NCBI GenBank assembly: GCA_965213625.1
Contig: CBDBZU010000004.1
Location: 2,368,001-2,432,000, forward strand
Source: a bacterium
Lineage (GTDB): Bacteria > UBA8248
DNA length: 64,000 bases
Direction: 5' to 3'
This document shows positions 50,469 through 60,273 of the stretch, piece by piece (position 1 is the first letter of the stretch; each line of letters opens with the position of its first letter). The notes under the pieces were generated by a model. That model searched no databases. It was not told where the DNA came from and saw only the letters and a program-made list of their open reading frames with translations. The position numbers were made by a program, and so were the translations under genes.

Positions 50469-51601
50469 CAGGTGCTCATGATCTTTTCGAGCTTGTCGGC
50501 GGCCTTCAAGCCGTGGCCCGTCACGGGAACGACCACGATGTCCGACTGCTTGACCTTCCCTTGCTCCTTCAAAAGAGCGAGAGCGGCAAAAGCGACGGCG
50601 CTCGTCGGCTCCATCAGGATGCCGTTCGCGCCGAACTCCCGGAGGAGGGGAGGGATGGTTTCGTCCCGGGTAGCGACGAAGCATCCCCCGCTTTCTTGGA
50701 CGGCCTCGCGCATCTGCTTCCAGCGGACGGGCGTTGCGATGGAGATGCCCTCCGCGAGCGTGTCCTCCGGGATGATCTCCGGCACGGCGTCGAGGTTTTC
50801 CTCCCACATCCGCACCATCGGCGCGCAATTCGCCGCCTGGGCCGCGAAGATTTTAGGTAGCTCATCGATATAACCGGCGCGTAAGAGTTCCTTGAACCCC
50901 AGGTACGCGCCGAGCAGGGCCGAGCCGTGCCCGGCGGGGGAGACGACGGCGTCGGGCGCGCGGAAGCCCAGTTGCTCCCACACCTCGAACGCCCAGGTCT
51001 TCGTGCCGTGGTTGAACCAGGGGTTCCAGAAATGGGAGGCGTAGAAGCGCTCTTTGGCCGCCTCCATCGCGACGGCGGTGGATGCGGCCCGGGGACCGGG
51101 GATTTTCTTGAGGTTTGCGCCGTAGGCGGTGATTTGCGCGCACTTGGCCGCGGAGGTGGAGGCGGGCGCGTAGATGTCACATTCGATTCCGGCGCGCGCC
51201 GCGTAGGCTGCGACGGCGGCGGCGGCGTTGCCCGAAGAATCCATGAGCACCTGATCGAGGCCCCACTCCTTCATCTTGCTCATGAGCACGGTGGCGCCGC
51301 GGTCCTTGAACGAGCCGGTGGGGAAGAGGAAATCGAGCTTGCAGAGGATTTCCATTCCCGAGAAAACGAGGGGGACGAGCGGCGTCATACCCTCGTTCAT
51401 GCTGACGATGTTCTCATCCTTCTCGACAGGAATCGCCTCTCTATAGCGCCACAAGGTGGCGGGGCGTTTTCCGAGGGACTCGCGGGTGAAGACGGCGTTC
51501 GGCACCACCTCCAGGGGCCCGCCGCAATCGCACCGCCAGCGGGGTTCACTCGGGGGGTACTTCTCCCCGCAGTCGATACAGGCGAATTCCACGTCACTCA
51601 T
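50468..51601 (-). CDS. Threonine synthase-like PLP enzyme
   Basis: N-terminal CxxC...CxCGG, EG.TPL, PTGSFKDRG, DSSGNAA, T.AEGI, EPTSA, TGHGLK. Confidence 0.88.
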   Translation of the reverse strand: MSDVEFACIDCGEKYPPSEPRWRCDCGGPLEVVPNAVFTRESLGKRPATLWRYREAIPVEKDENIVSMNEGMTPLVPLVFSGMEILCKLDFLFPTGSFKDRGATVLMSKMKEWGLDQVLMDSSGNAAAAVAAYAARAGIECDIYAPASTSAAKCAQITAYGANLKKIPGPRAASTAVAMEAAKERFYASHFWNPWFNHGTKTWAFEVWEQLGFRAPDAVVSPAGHGSALLGAYLGFKELLRAGYIDELPKIFAAQAANCAPMVRMWEENLDAVPEIIPEDTLAEGISIATPVRWKQMREAVQESGGCFVATRDETIPPLLREFGANGILMEPTSAVAFAALALLKEQGKVKQSDIVVVPVTGHGLKAADKLEKIMST

Positions 51602-51825
51602 TTTCCGCCGCCGATTCATCCGTTATAGTGAGGGTAAATGACGTTCAAGGCTAAATGATTCCGCGCGTCGGCGTCCAGTCGCGCGGGGGAGATTCGGGGG
51701 GGAGGGATGGAGGTACTCCTTTCTGGAGGGAGTTGTTGTCAAGGTCCTGATATTCTGATTCGAGGTATGGAACTGAGTGAGGTGGGGGAAATACAATATT
51801 TCCCCCATGCAGAATGCTAACCAAA

Positions 51826-52030
51826 CACTCCCCCCTTGAGGGGGAGTCGGCAAGGCGAGGACGGAGTCCGAAGCCGCGCCGGTGGGGGGTATAATTCGGA
51901 ATGGCAATAAAACGCATTTTACCCCCCACCGAATCAGCCTTCACCTGTCGGTTCGGCTTCCTCGACTCCCCCTCAAGGGGGGAGTGAATTTCCCCTCTAC
52001 TTGGGTAGTAGTGATCCTCAAGGGGGGAGT
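51826..52030. repeat. Palindromic element, second copy of 44189-44412
   Basis: CACTCCCCCCTTGAGGGGGAGTC...GGTGGGGGGTA core TACCCCCCACCGAATC...CTCAAGGGGGGAGT (twice). Confidence 0.8.
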
Positions 52031-52127
52031 AGTTCTCTTCTCTCTCGTGGATTGGCGATGCTGTTCGAAGAAGTCGTCAACATAAACGTATAATCCACAT
52101 TCGAATTGATAATTTCAGGAGATTTTC

Positions 52128-53429
52128 ATGGTAACGGACCCCAGGTTTTTCCCCAGAGACGGTCGCACGGGCGACGCGGCGGCTGCGTTTTCTACGGAGG
52201 AGCGCGACAGGCGGTGGAACGCGGTGCGCGCCGCCATGGACGAGCGCGGGCTCGACTGCCTCATCGTCATCGGACGCGGCTCGAACGGCAACGGCGACAC
52301 CCGCTGGCTCGACGGGGGCGATTACGGGGAGCGCAGCATGGTGTTTCCGAGAAAGGGCGCGCCCGTCACCTTCTGGCTCCTGCAGAACTGGGGCAAGTGG
52401 TACACCGAATCGTGCTTCGAGGGGGTTCGCTACCGGGGGCACGAAGGGAAGGTGAGCATCGTGGCGGCCGACGCCATCAAGGAGCTGGGGTATGAGAGCG
52501 GGCGAATCGGCATCGTCGGCCTGATCGGCGGGGGATACGGTTCCGAAGGCGCGATTCCCTACATGACGTACCAGAACCTGAAAAGGCTTCTGCCGGACGC
52601 GGCGTTCGCGGACGCTTCGGACATCCTCACGCGCCTCCGCATGTTGAAGAGCGATGAAGAGGTCGCGATGCTCGAGAAGGCGGCCGAGATGGTGAACATC
52701 GAGATAGACGCCGTGCTCGGCTGCTGCCGACCGGGCGTGCGGGAGAGCGAGGTGTATGCGGCGCTGTTCGGCGCGAGCCTGCGCGCGGGGGCGGAGCCGG
52801 GGCGCGACAGCTGGCTCATTATGTGTTCGGGGAAGGGCTATCCGGTGAACAGAAGGCCCACGGACAGGATTCTGCGCACGGGCGACATGATGTGCATCGG
52901 CTATTATGCGCGCTACGGGGGCTACTGGAGCCATCCGCACACCTCGATGTCGCTGGGCCCGATGGATGAGGAATACAAACCGATTCGAGAAGCCGTGCGC
53001 GAAAGCCTGCACGCCGCGCTCGAAGCCTTGAAGCCGGGCACGCCGTGGAGCGAGGTGGACCGCGCATCGAACGAGGCGATCTTAAAAGCCGGGTACTACC
53101 ACGAGATTCCCCAGGTGCACGGGGTGGGAATCGACGGCATCGAGCCGCCCATGACGACGATATGCGCGGGCGAAATTCCGCGAAAATTCGCGTGGCGCGA
53201 GCCTTTCGTCGAGGGGAGCCTGGCCGAGAACCCCGAATGGCGCGAACTCGCGGGGGACCGCTACGGATTTCTGGCGGATTTCGAGGTCGAGGCGGGCATG
53301 TGCCTCGCCGTCGAAATCAAGGCCGCGCACGAGGACAGGATATTCATGGTCTTCGGTCCACAGGTGATCGTGGAGGAGAGCGGCCCGCGGATTCTCACGC
53401 CCGAGGCGATGGACGTGATCGAGTTGTAG
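52128..53429 (+). CDS. M24 (Xaa-Pro peptidase/creatinase) fold protein
   Basis: FS.EE..RR, R..KS.EE, PGV.E.E, GY, HGVG, EPP, GM..AVE. Confidence 0.8.
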   Translation: MVTDPRFFPRDGRTGDAAAAFSTEERDRRWNAVRAAMDERGLDCLIVIGRGSNGNGDTRWLDGGDYGERSMVFPRKGAPVTFWLLQNWGKWYTESCFEGVRYRGHEGKVSIVAADAIKELGYESGRIGIVGLIGGGYGSEGAIPYMTYQNLKRLLPDAAFADASDILTRLRMLKSDEEVAMLEKAAEMVNIEIDAVLGCCRPGVRESEVYAALFGASLRAGAEPGRDSWLIMCSGKGYPVNRRPTDRILRTGDMMCIGYYARYGGYWSHPHTSMSLGPMDEEYKPIREAVRESLHAALEALKPGTPWSEVDRASNEAILKAGYYHEIPQVHGVGIDGIEPPMTTICAGEIPRKFAWREPFVEGSLAENPEWRELAGDRYGFLADFEVEAGMCLAVEIKAAHEDRIFMVFGPQVIVEESGPRILTPEAMDVIEL

Positions 53430-53471
53430 TTCGAGCACGACCGATGCGGGAGGGTTCAACGCGACCAATGC

Positions 53472-53695
53472 GGGGTTGTTGAAAAAAGTCCCCTTTTCAG
53501 GGGATGGAGGGGACGTACTTATCGACTGGAAAACCAACCCCCCCTACCCCCCCTTGTCAGGGGGGTAAAAAAGGCGATGCACCCCAGCCGGGCAGAGGGG
53601 GTTTTGCTTTTTCTTGCCCCCCTGACAAGGGGGGGTAGGGGGGGTTGGTTTTATGGGGTTGCCGTTACCCACTCAAGGACTTTTTCAACAGTCCC
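53472..53695. mobile_element. MITE-like shell carrying a perfect 36-bp inverted repeat
   Basis: GGGGTTGTTGAAAAAAGTCC...GGACTTTTTCAACAGTCCC termini; arms at 53530-53565 and 53617-53652. Confidence 0.75.
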
Positions 53696-53908
53696 ATCAA
53701 GGAGGGAGTGAATCTTTACTCTGCTCGGTCCGGTTTAACCTCCGAGGGGAGAGTGATTTCCCTGCCAACTCGGGAGTCATTGCACCCGTATTTGCCCGCA
53801 TTTGCGGCAGGGGGGCAATGGAGAAAGATTCCGGGTATGTCGGCGCTGTGGTCCGGCCCCACTGGAGCTTATGGAATTTCCGAAATTTTCGATCGCGGCG
53901 TAAGCGCG

Positions 53909-54682
53909 TCAGCGCGACTTCGGTACCACCAGGGTCTCGGGGCGGCGTTCCTGGGCCGTCTTGAAGAGCGTGAAAGTCTGGTTCACGAAATTCACCACTC
54001 CGGAGATATGTTCGAGATAGGCGTCGAGCTCCGGCGTGCGCTCGGCCTCGACGAGTTGAACGGGCCGATCCTGAGGCGTCGTTTCGAACTGGCAATAGAA
54101 AAGCGGCTCGCCCCGGGTGAGGCGCAGCGCCTTGTCGACGTCATGCCACTCGAACGCCCACATCAGGGGTCTCGGCCACACGTCGATGGGAAAGCGGCCG
54201 CCGAAAATCGTGCCTGGCCAGGGTTCCTTCTGGTAGTGCATGAAGGGCGCAATCTGGGATATATAGACCGGTTCGTCCGCGATGAACACGTAGGGAAGCG
54301 CCATCTGGATGGTGGGGCGGTCCGGATAACGCCATTCCGCTTCGGGCGTGATGTGAAGAAAGGAAGAGAGTTGCTTCGTGCGAACCGGTGACTTCTGGCC
54401 CAGGAGGTTCCGCAGAGCCGGCTTGCCGTTCTTGTTCCGGGTGAAACCGAGATGCAGGTCGAAGGGGCATTTCACTTCGAAGTAACGGCTCTCTAAGTTG
54501 AGTATCGCCGGGCAGCGGGAGGCCGATTTTGCGTGGCGCTTGCTCATCTCCGCAGAGCGCACGCGTGTGGGCGCGTCATAAATTGCGCCGCCGCGCTCTT
54601 CGGTCAGCAGCCAGCCGATTTTCACCGGGCCCGATCCCGGGCCTTCGCCCGGCAACTCATGGGTGACGTGAATGTCCATCAT
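53909..54682 (-). CDS. Hypothetical protein, aromatic/Pro-rich, with CPA...CPFD motif
   Basis: 257-aa ORF with AGGAG SD, co-oriented downstream of the T1SS genes; family not confidently recognised. Confidence 0.7.
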   Translation of the reverse strand: MMDIHVTHELPGEGPGSGPVKIGWLLTEERGGAIYDAPTRVRSAEMSKRHAKSASRCPAILNLESRYFEVKCPFDLHLGFTRNKNGKPALRNLLGQKSPVRTKQLSSFLHITPEAEWRYPDRPTIQMALPYVFIADEPVYISQIAPFMHYQKEPWPGTIFGGRFPIDVWPRPLMWAFEWHDVDKALRLTRGEPLFYCQFETTPQDRPVQLVEAERTPELDAYLEHISGVVNFVNQTFTLFKTAQERRPETLVVPKSR

Positions 54683-54801
54683 CTCTCCTTATTATATGAA
54701 AGCAGTGAACGCCGACGACTCATGAGGCATCGCGCCGGGTATCGTCCGCTACTATTTCGAACCCGCAAGCGCGGCGCTGGAGAGTGAACGCGGTTTGGCA
54801 T

Positions 54802-55266
54802 TCAATAATCCGGGTCATGCTCGACGTCCGTCTCCGCCTCGAAGGCTTCGTGCGTTTCCTTCGACATGATCAGGATATTGCATTCATTTTTCCGTTGGTA
54901 TTCGATGCTGTCCATCACCTGGTTCACAAGGAAAAGGCCGAGCCCGGCCAAGAGTTCTTCGCCTTCTTCCGGTGACCCATCACCATCGGCCGTTACCGAC
55001 AAATCGAACGATGCGCTGTTGTCCACAATTTCGACGATGAGTTGGCTTTCCTCCACACGCAGGATGATTTCGATTCGATGTTGTTCGTCATCATCGTATC
55101 CATTGCTGATCCTGTTGGTGAGAACTTCCTCTATCGATAGGTTGACCGCATAACCGATCTGCGGCGCGTAGTTCCGCTCCGCGCAGAATTCGTCGATCTG
55201 CGCGGCGACGCCGGCTATTTCCCTCAGGTCGTTAACGAGCGAGATTTCAAGGGTGTCTTCTTCCAT
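54802..55266 (-). CDS. RsbW-like anti-sigma factor / HATPase_c_2 protein
   Basis: L..EE..TN.I..GY, I.D....FD, GLGL.LV...MD. Confidence 0.8.
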   Translation of the reverse strand: MEEDTLEISLVNDLREIAGVAAQIDEFCAERNYAPQIGYAVNLSIEEVLTNRISNGYDDDEQHRIEIILRVEESQLIVEIVDNSASFDLSVTADGDGSPEEGEELLAGLGLFLVNQVMDSIEYQRKNECNILIMSKETHEAFEAETDVEHDPDY

Positions 55267-55298
55267 GATATCTCCTCCCTTCGAAAAAGGCGCGTCGC

Positions 55299-56732
55299 CT
55301 ATTCCTCTCTCATGGAGCGGCTGTAAAAATCCGTTATCGGCTTGGCGAGATAACTGATTAGCGAGCGTTGCCCGGTTTGTATGTGCACCTCCACAGGCAT
55401 GCCGGGCGTGAGGGCCAGTCGACCGAGCAGCGCTTTCGATCCCAGCCGCTCATTTGTCGATTCAGCGGAAGAGTCGGCCTCTTCTGAAGAAGTTCCCGTC
55501 ATCCAACGAATAAAATCAATGAATGAGTCTTTTGTATCGACGGCTTTTTTGGTTGCGCCATCCGCTCCGTTCGGGTTCTCGCCCATGGAGAGATCGATTT
55601 CGTACCACGAAAGGCCGCTTCTCGGGTCGGTCACCGCATCTACCGAAACGCGAATCACGTGTCCGGGGAATTCCGGCGTCACTCGCGCAGGGAAGGAGGA
55701 AAACCGAAGCCGCGCCTCCTGCCCTGGGTACACCTGATCCACGTGAATCGGATTGAGCCTGGCCATCACCACCAGACCAGAGTCCTCCGGCACCACGTAG
55801 AGAATCGGCTCGCCCGAGCGCACGACCTCGCGCGGAGCGACAACCTTCATGCCGAACACTCTGCCGGAGACCGGCGCGCGCACCTCCGTGCGGCTGAGAC
55901 GCCCCCGCACCGATGCGAGTCGCTCGAAAATCTGGTTCTCCTGGGCTTTCGCCTGGCGGACCAACTGCTCCGCTTCTTCGATCCGGCGCGTATCGACCCG
56001 GAGTATCTGGATCTCCAACTCCGAGATGCGGCCCCTGGCGCTGGCGATGGAGGCGTCGTTCGTACCCGTCAGTCCATCGATGTTCTTCGCGGCGCGCTCG
56101 AGCGCAAGGAGCCTGTCGAGCGAGGTCAGCCCCTGGTCGAACAATTTGCGATACGCCTTGAGTTGGCGAAAGATGAGTTCTTTTTGTTCCTCCAGCGATA
56201 AGGCCCGCGCTTCGAGTCCCTGGATCTCCTTACGCGTCTGGTCGATGCGCTCACGAAGCTGCGACACCTCGCCGCTTCGCGACGCCGCCCGCGCGCGGAA
56301 GAGCCTCTCATGACCGTCGAGTATTTCCCGCACACGCACGTCGCTCGCAGCGAGTTCGGCGATATCCTTCTCCCAGGCGATCGCGTCCGCACCCTTAAGT
56401 TCCGCTTCCAGTCGGTTGCGCCGGGCCACGAGCTCGGCGTATTCCGATGCGAGGATCGCCTCCTCGGAACGCAGAAGCGAGGCATCGAAGCGAAGCAGAA
56501 TGTCGTTTTTCTTCACGGCATCGCCGTCTCGAACGTAAATCCGGCTCACCGTGCCGCCGTCGATATGTTCAACCACCTGGTTGTGGCTCTCGACTCCGAG
56601 GCGACCGGAAGCGATTACGGCGCCCGAGAGCGAGGCGAATACACTCCAGCCGACGAGCCCGCCTCCCATCAAAATCATCGTCATGAAACCCATGTAGAGC
56701 GCCTTGCGCGGCGAAAATCGCTTATTGCTCAT
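55299..56732 (-). CDS. Type I secretion membrane fusion protein (HlyD/PrtE)
   Basis: LSGAVIASG, V.H.DGG.V, RAPVSG.V, LTPGMPVEV.I.TG.RS..SYL.KP. Confidence 0.9.
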   Translation of the reverse strand: MSNKRFSPRKALYMGFMTMILMGGGLVGWSVFASLSGAVIASGRLGVESHNQVVEHIDGGTVSRIYVRDGDAVKKNDILLRFDASLLRSEEAILASEYAELVARRNRLEAELKGADAIAWEKDIAELAASDVRVREILDGHERLFRARAASRSGEVSQLRERIDQTRKEIQGLEARALSLEEQKELIFRQLKAYRKLFDQGLTSLDRLLALERAAKNIDGLTGTNDASIASARGRISELEIQILRVDTRRIEEAEQLVRQAKAQENQIFERLASVRGRLSRTEVRAPVSGRVFGMKVVAPREVVRSGEPILYVVPEDSGLVVMARLNPIHVDQVYPGQEARLRFSSFPARVTPEFPGHVIRVSVDAVTDPRSGLSWYEIDLSMGENPNGADGATKKAVDTKDSFIDFIRWMTGTSSEEADSSAESTNERLGSKALLGRLALTPGMPVEVHIQTGQRSLISYLAKPITDFYSRSMREE

Positions 56733-58993
56733 GACGCATTACCCTGATTCGCCGGATTGCCGGAAACATCCCCGCTCGTCTGCGGCGCGGGGCTTGCATC
56801 CGTATCTCCACCAGTATTATCGTCCGGAGGTTCAGCCGAGCCGCTCACCCGCTCAACGGCTTGAGCAATCAGTTCTTCACGCCCACGACCGGATCGAGAA
56901 ACCTTGCCGGGGGGAGCAGGTCCGGGCGAGGGAGTTTGCTGTCCATCACGCGCACCTGGACGCATATGCGCGCTCTGATCCCGCTCGATAGGCGCCCGCG
57001 GCGTTTCGCTTTCATCCGGGTTTTTGGGAGGAGTTGCTTCCCTCACCCGCGCGATGGCGCCGGCGATTTGCTCTTCGCGCCCACGAACGATACGCACGGA
57101 CGGAGGCTGGTTTTTTCCCCCTCCAGGCGCAGGACGCGCCGGAGCTCTTTTACCCGCCGGCGGAGCCTGGCGCGCAGGCCGTCCTTCTCTTTGTTGTGCG
57201 CTGCCTCTCGCGGGAGGCAGCGCCGGTTGCCGTCCGGGCGCGGCCTGCTGCGCGCCTTGGCCTTGACTCCGGGGTTTTTGCTGCTCGCCGCCCGCCTGCA
57301 GTTGGCGCACTGGCGCAGAGCGGCCCTTATCTCCTCCCGTCGCCGGGACGGGCCGCCCGTTCTCCATCACGTACACCGTGTCGCATTGAGCGAACGCGCC
57401 GTGGCGATGCGCCACGATGAGGGCCGTTCCGCCGCGTTTTTTCTGGTTTTCGACCGCGCGGGCGAGGGCCATGGTGCCGTCGGCGTCGAGGTTGGAGTCG
57501 GGCTCGTCCATCACCACCACGGCGGGGGAGCCGTAAAATGCCCGGGCCAGCGCGATCCGCTGGCGTTGCCCGCCTGAGAGGGCGCCGCCGCCGGCGGACA
57601 CCTGGAAATCGTACCCGCCCGGGAGTTCGAGTATCATCTCGTGCGCTCCGGTGCGCTTCGCCGCGTCGACGATGTCCTCGTCTTTCGCGCCGGGTAAGAA
57701 GCGGGAGATGTTCTCCGCCACGGTCCCGTCGAAGAGAACGACCTCCTGGGGGAGATAGCCGACATAGTTGCCCAGATCTTCGCCGTACTGTTCGAGTTCC
57801 GCACCGTCGAGGCGCACCGAACCCGCAATGGGCCGCCAAACGCCTGCGAGCGCGCGCGCGAATGTGGATTTGCCAGCCGCGGAGCGGCCTGCGATTCCCG
57901 CCGCCTGTCCCGGTTCAAGGCGAAGCGCCGCGCCGCGCACAGCCGCCACTTTCGCACCCGGCGCAGCGACCATAAGGCCCTCCGCTTCGAGTATTGCGCG
58001 AGGAGCGGGCAGCTTGGTGCGTTCGATATCGGGCGGCATGTCGGCCAGAAGGGCGGCGAGCGAACGCCATGCGGCAATTGCGCGCTGGAGCGTGGGCCAG
58101 TGGCCCACCGCCTGATCGATGGGCGCGAGCGCCCGGCCCAGCAGAATGGAGCCCGCAATCATCACGCCGGGCGTGAGTTCGCCATAAATCACGAGCATCG
58201 CGCCGAGCCCGAGCATCATCGACTGGAGGAACAGGCGCAGCGTCTTCGACAACACGCTGAAAAAACCGTTTCTGTCCGAGGCCGCCAGCGTCCTGTCGAG
58301 AACGATGTCGCGCAACCCGGCCGAGCGCGACACGATGGCGCTCTGCATGCCGAGCCCCTGCACGGTTTCACCGCCCGCGCGCATCTGTTCGATGAAGGTG
58401 GCGGAGCGGGCGCTCGCCTCACCGACCTCGAGCTGGATGCCTGACGTTCCCGCCTGATTGAGGAGTGCGATTCCGCCGAGCAAAACGCCCGAGAAAACTG
58501 CCAGGAGTCCAAGCATCCAGTGGAACGAAAACAGCACGAAGAGGAACACCGGCGTCCATGGCGCATCGAAGAAGGCGAAGGGCCCCGAACCCGAGGCGAA
58601 GCGCTGAATCGCCTCGAGATCGCGAAGCCCCGTCGCTGGCCGCGAGCGTTCTGCGGGAGAGACCGAGCGGGAGAGAATGGCTCTTAGCACGCGCGAATCG
58701 AGACGCGCCTGCAGCCGCGCGCCCACCCGGGCGAGAACCCTGCCCCGCGCGTGGTCGAGCACGCCCATAATCAAGAAGAGGAACGCCACGATGACGACCA
58801 GCGCCACCAGCGTCGCCATGGAGCGCGAGCCGAGCACCCGGTCGTAGACCTGGAGCATGAACAGTGGGCCCGTGAGCATCAACAGGTTCACGATCACGCT
58901 GAAAAAGCCGCATGAGATCAGAAGCCAGCGGCTCTCGGTGAGCACGGCGCGGATCTCTTTTTCGCCGGTTTTGCCCTGCGCCATTCCAGCCAC
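56729..58993 (-). CDS. Type I secretion ABC transporter (PrtD-like) with a long low-complexity C-terminal tail
   Basis: NLLMLTGPLFMLQVYDRVL.SRS, FDAPW, GRALAPI, LSGGQRQRIALARA.YG.P, DEPDSNLD. Confidence 0.9.
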   Translation of the reverse strand: MAGMAQGKTGEKEIRAVLTESRWLLISCGFFSVIVNLLMLTGPLFMLQVYDRVLGSRSMATLVALVVIVAFLFLIMGVLDHARGRVLARVGARLQARLDSRVLRAILSRSVSPAERSRPATGLRDLEAIQRFASGSGPFAFFDAPWTPVFLFVLFSFHWMLGLLAVFSGVLLGGIALLNQAGTSGIQLEVGEASARSATFIEQMRAGGETVQGLGMQSAIVSRSAGLRDIVLDRTLAASDRNGFFSVLSKTLRLFLQSMMLGLGAMLVIYGELTPGVMIAGSILLGRALAPIDQAVGHWPTLQRAIAAWRSLAALLADMPPDIERTKLPAPRAILEAEGLMVAAPGAKVAAVRGAALRLEPGQAAGIAGRSAAGKSTFARALAGVWRPIAGSVRLDGAELEQYGEDLGNYVGYLPQEVVLFDGTVAENISRFLPGAKDEDIVDAAKRTGAHEMILELPGGYDFQVSAGGGALSGGQRQRIALARAFYGSPAVVVMDEPDSNLDADGTMALARAVENQKKRGGTALIVAHRHGAFAQCDTVYVMENGRPVPATGGDKGRSAPVRQLQAGGEQQKPRSQGQGAQQAAPGRQPALPPARGSAQQREGRPARQAPPAGKRAPARPAPGGGKNQPPSVRIVRGREEQIAGAIARVREATPPKNPDESETPRAPIERDQSAHMRPGARDGQQTPSPGPAPPGKVSRSGRGREELIAQAVERVSGSAEPPDDNTGGDTDASPAPQTSGDVSGNPANQGNAS

Positions 58994-59729
58994 CTGATAG
59001 TCACCTCACGTTATCGTCGACGGAATCGGCGCCTTTTCCCCACGCGAACCGCCGCCACCCCGGAAGTGTCAAAACCTCGAGCGCCCCGGTCGAGCCGCCC
59101 GGCTATTCGAGTTTCCTCCGGGTTCTCGCGGACCGAACCAATGGGATCAACCCGGTTCGTGATGTTTCGCGAACGCACCGCGATTCACTCGTGTCAATCT
59201 ATCAAAGGAAGGTTTTCAGCTTCCCTATGCCTCGTGTGTGCCATCTTCGTCGCAACTTTAGTAAAAGCTTAACAAGGATACTTAATAAATACCAGAAATC
59301 TTCGTGGAAGTTGACGGGTTTATTCCCGGTGAGGGTCGTTCATCTTCGCTTAGTGGATCGTAAATTGCGCAACCGGGAAGAAATCAGACGTCGGTCCGAC
59401 CCGGTCGCCCGGGGGTGGCGGGAGTTTTCATGAATGTGCTTTCGGTGAGATTGAAGATTTTGGAATGCGGATTCCGGGAGGGAGCGGAGAAATAATCAGC
59501 CGGTGAATTTCCACTGCTCACGGGAGCGGATCGGTTCATTAAAATTTCGATAAATATCGCTAAAATTCGATAAATTCACGGGGTATTTCTGTAAATTAAC
59601 GGGAGGAAAATCGGCGGGATCAGTTACCCGCGCGAGACGCACCATACCGCGTCCAGGTAGGCTCCCAGGCATCGCAATTGCGGGCAGATGCGCCCGAATA
59701 GAAGAAGAAAAAAGGTTAGGTATATAGAT

Positions 59730-60263
59730 TTATCGTACTGTATTCATATTAGTTAGGCGTTTCTTTAAGGCGGGAAGAAAACCGCCGAGCTCGACGATCT
59801 CTCGCAGCGCCTCCGGCAGCGGCTCCGAAGCGCAGGTTACGCCTCGGGTCAGGTTCTCGACCTCTCCTGTACCGAAGTCGACGCGGAGTTCATCCCCGTC
59901 CTCGACATACGCGCCTATATCATTGAAAAAAGGGAGGGTAGGCAACCCTGCCGCTACGATCATCCGGTAGGTGAAATGGGGAACGCTCTCCGCGATGAGG
60001 CCGACTCCCAGGCCGGCCATGCCCAGAAGGCCGTATATGTGAGGGTTCCCCTGGCCGAACCGCTTTCCCGCCACCACGATGTCGCCCGGTTTCGCGCGCT
60101 CGGGGAAATCGGGGATAATGTTCGTAAATACATGTATTTTCAGGTATTCCGGGTCCGAAACGCGCACGCCCTCAACGAAGACCTTAGCGAATTCGAGGAT
60201 GTCGTCGTCGAGAGAGAGGTTGTCCCCGAATTTCCAGCAGCGCCCCTGCATCGTCCAGTTCAA
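59730..60263 (-). CDS. Aconitase-family small (swivel) subunit, LeuD-like, divergent
   Basis: G..WKFGDN, PGDIVVAG..FG.G, AES, GD.L.VD...G...NLTRG, GG. Confidence 0.85.
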   Translation of the reverse strand: MNWTMQGRCWKFGDNLSLDDDILEFAKVFVEGVRVSDPEYLKIHVFTNIIPDFPERAKPGDIVVAGKRFGQGNPHIYGLLGMAGLGVGLIAESVPHFTYRMIVAAGLPTLPFFNDIGAYVEDGDELRVDFGTGEVENLTRGVTCASEPLPEALREIVELGGFLPALKKRLTNMNTVR

Positions 60264-60273
60264 GATGCGCTCC

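Noticed and set aside
59269-59285. CtrA-type TTAA-N7-TTAA box
   Set aside because: The spacing is 9 rather than 7.
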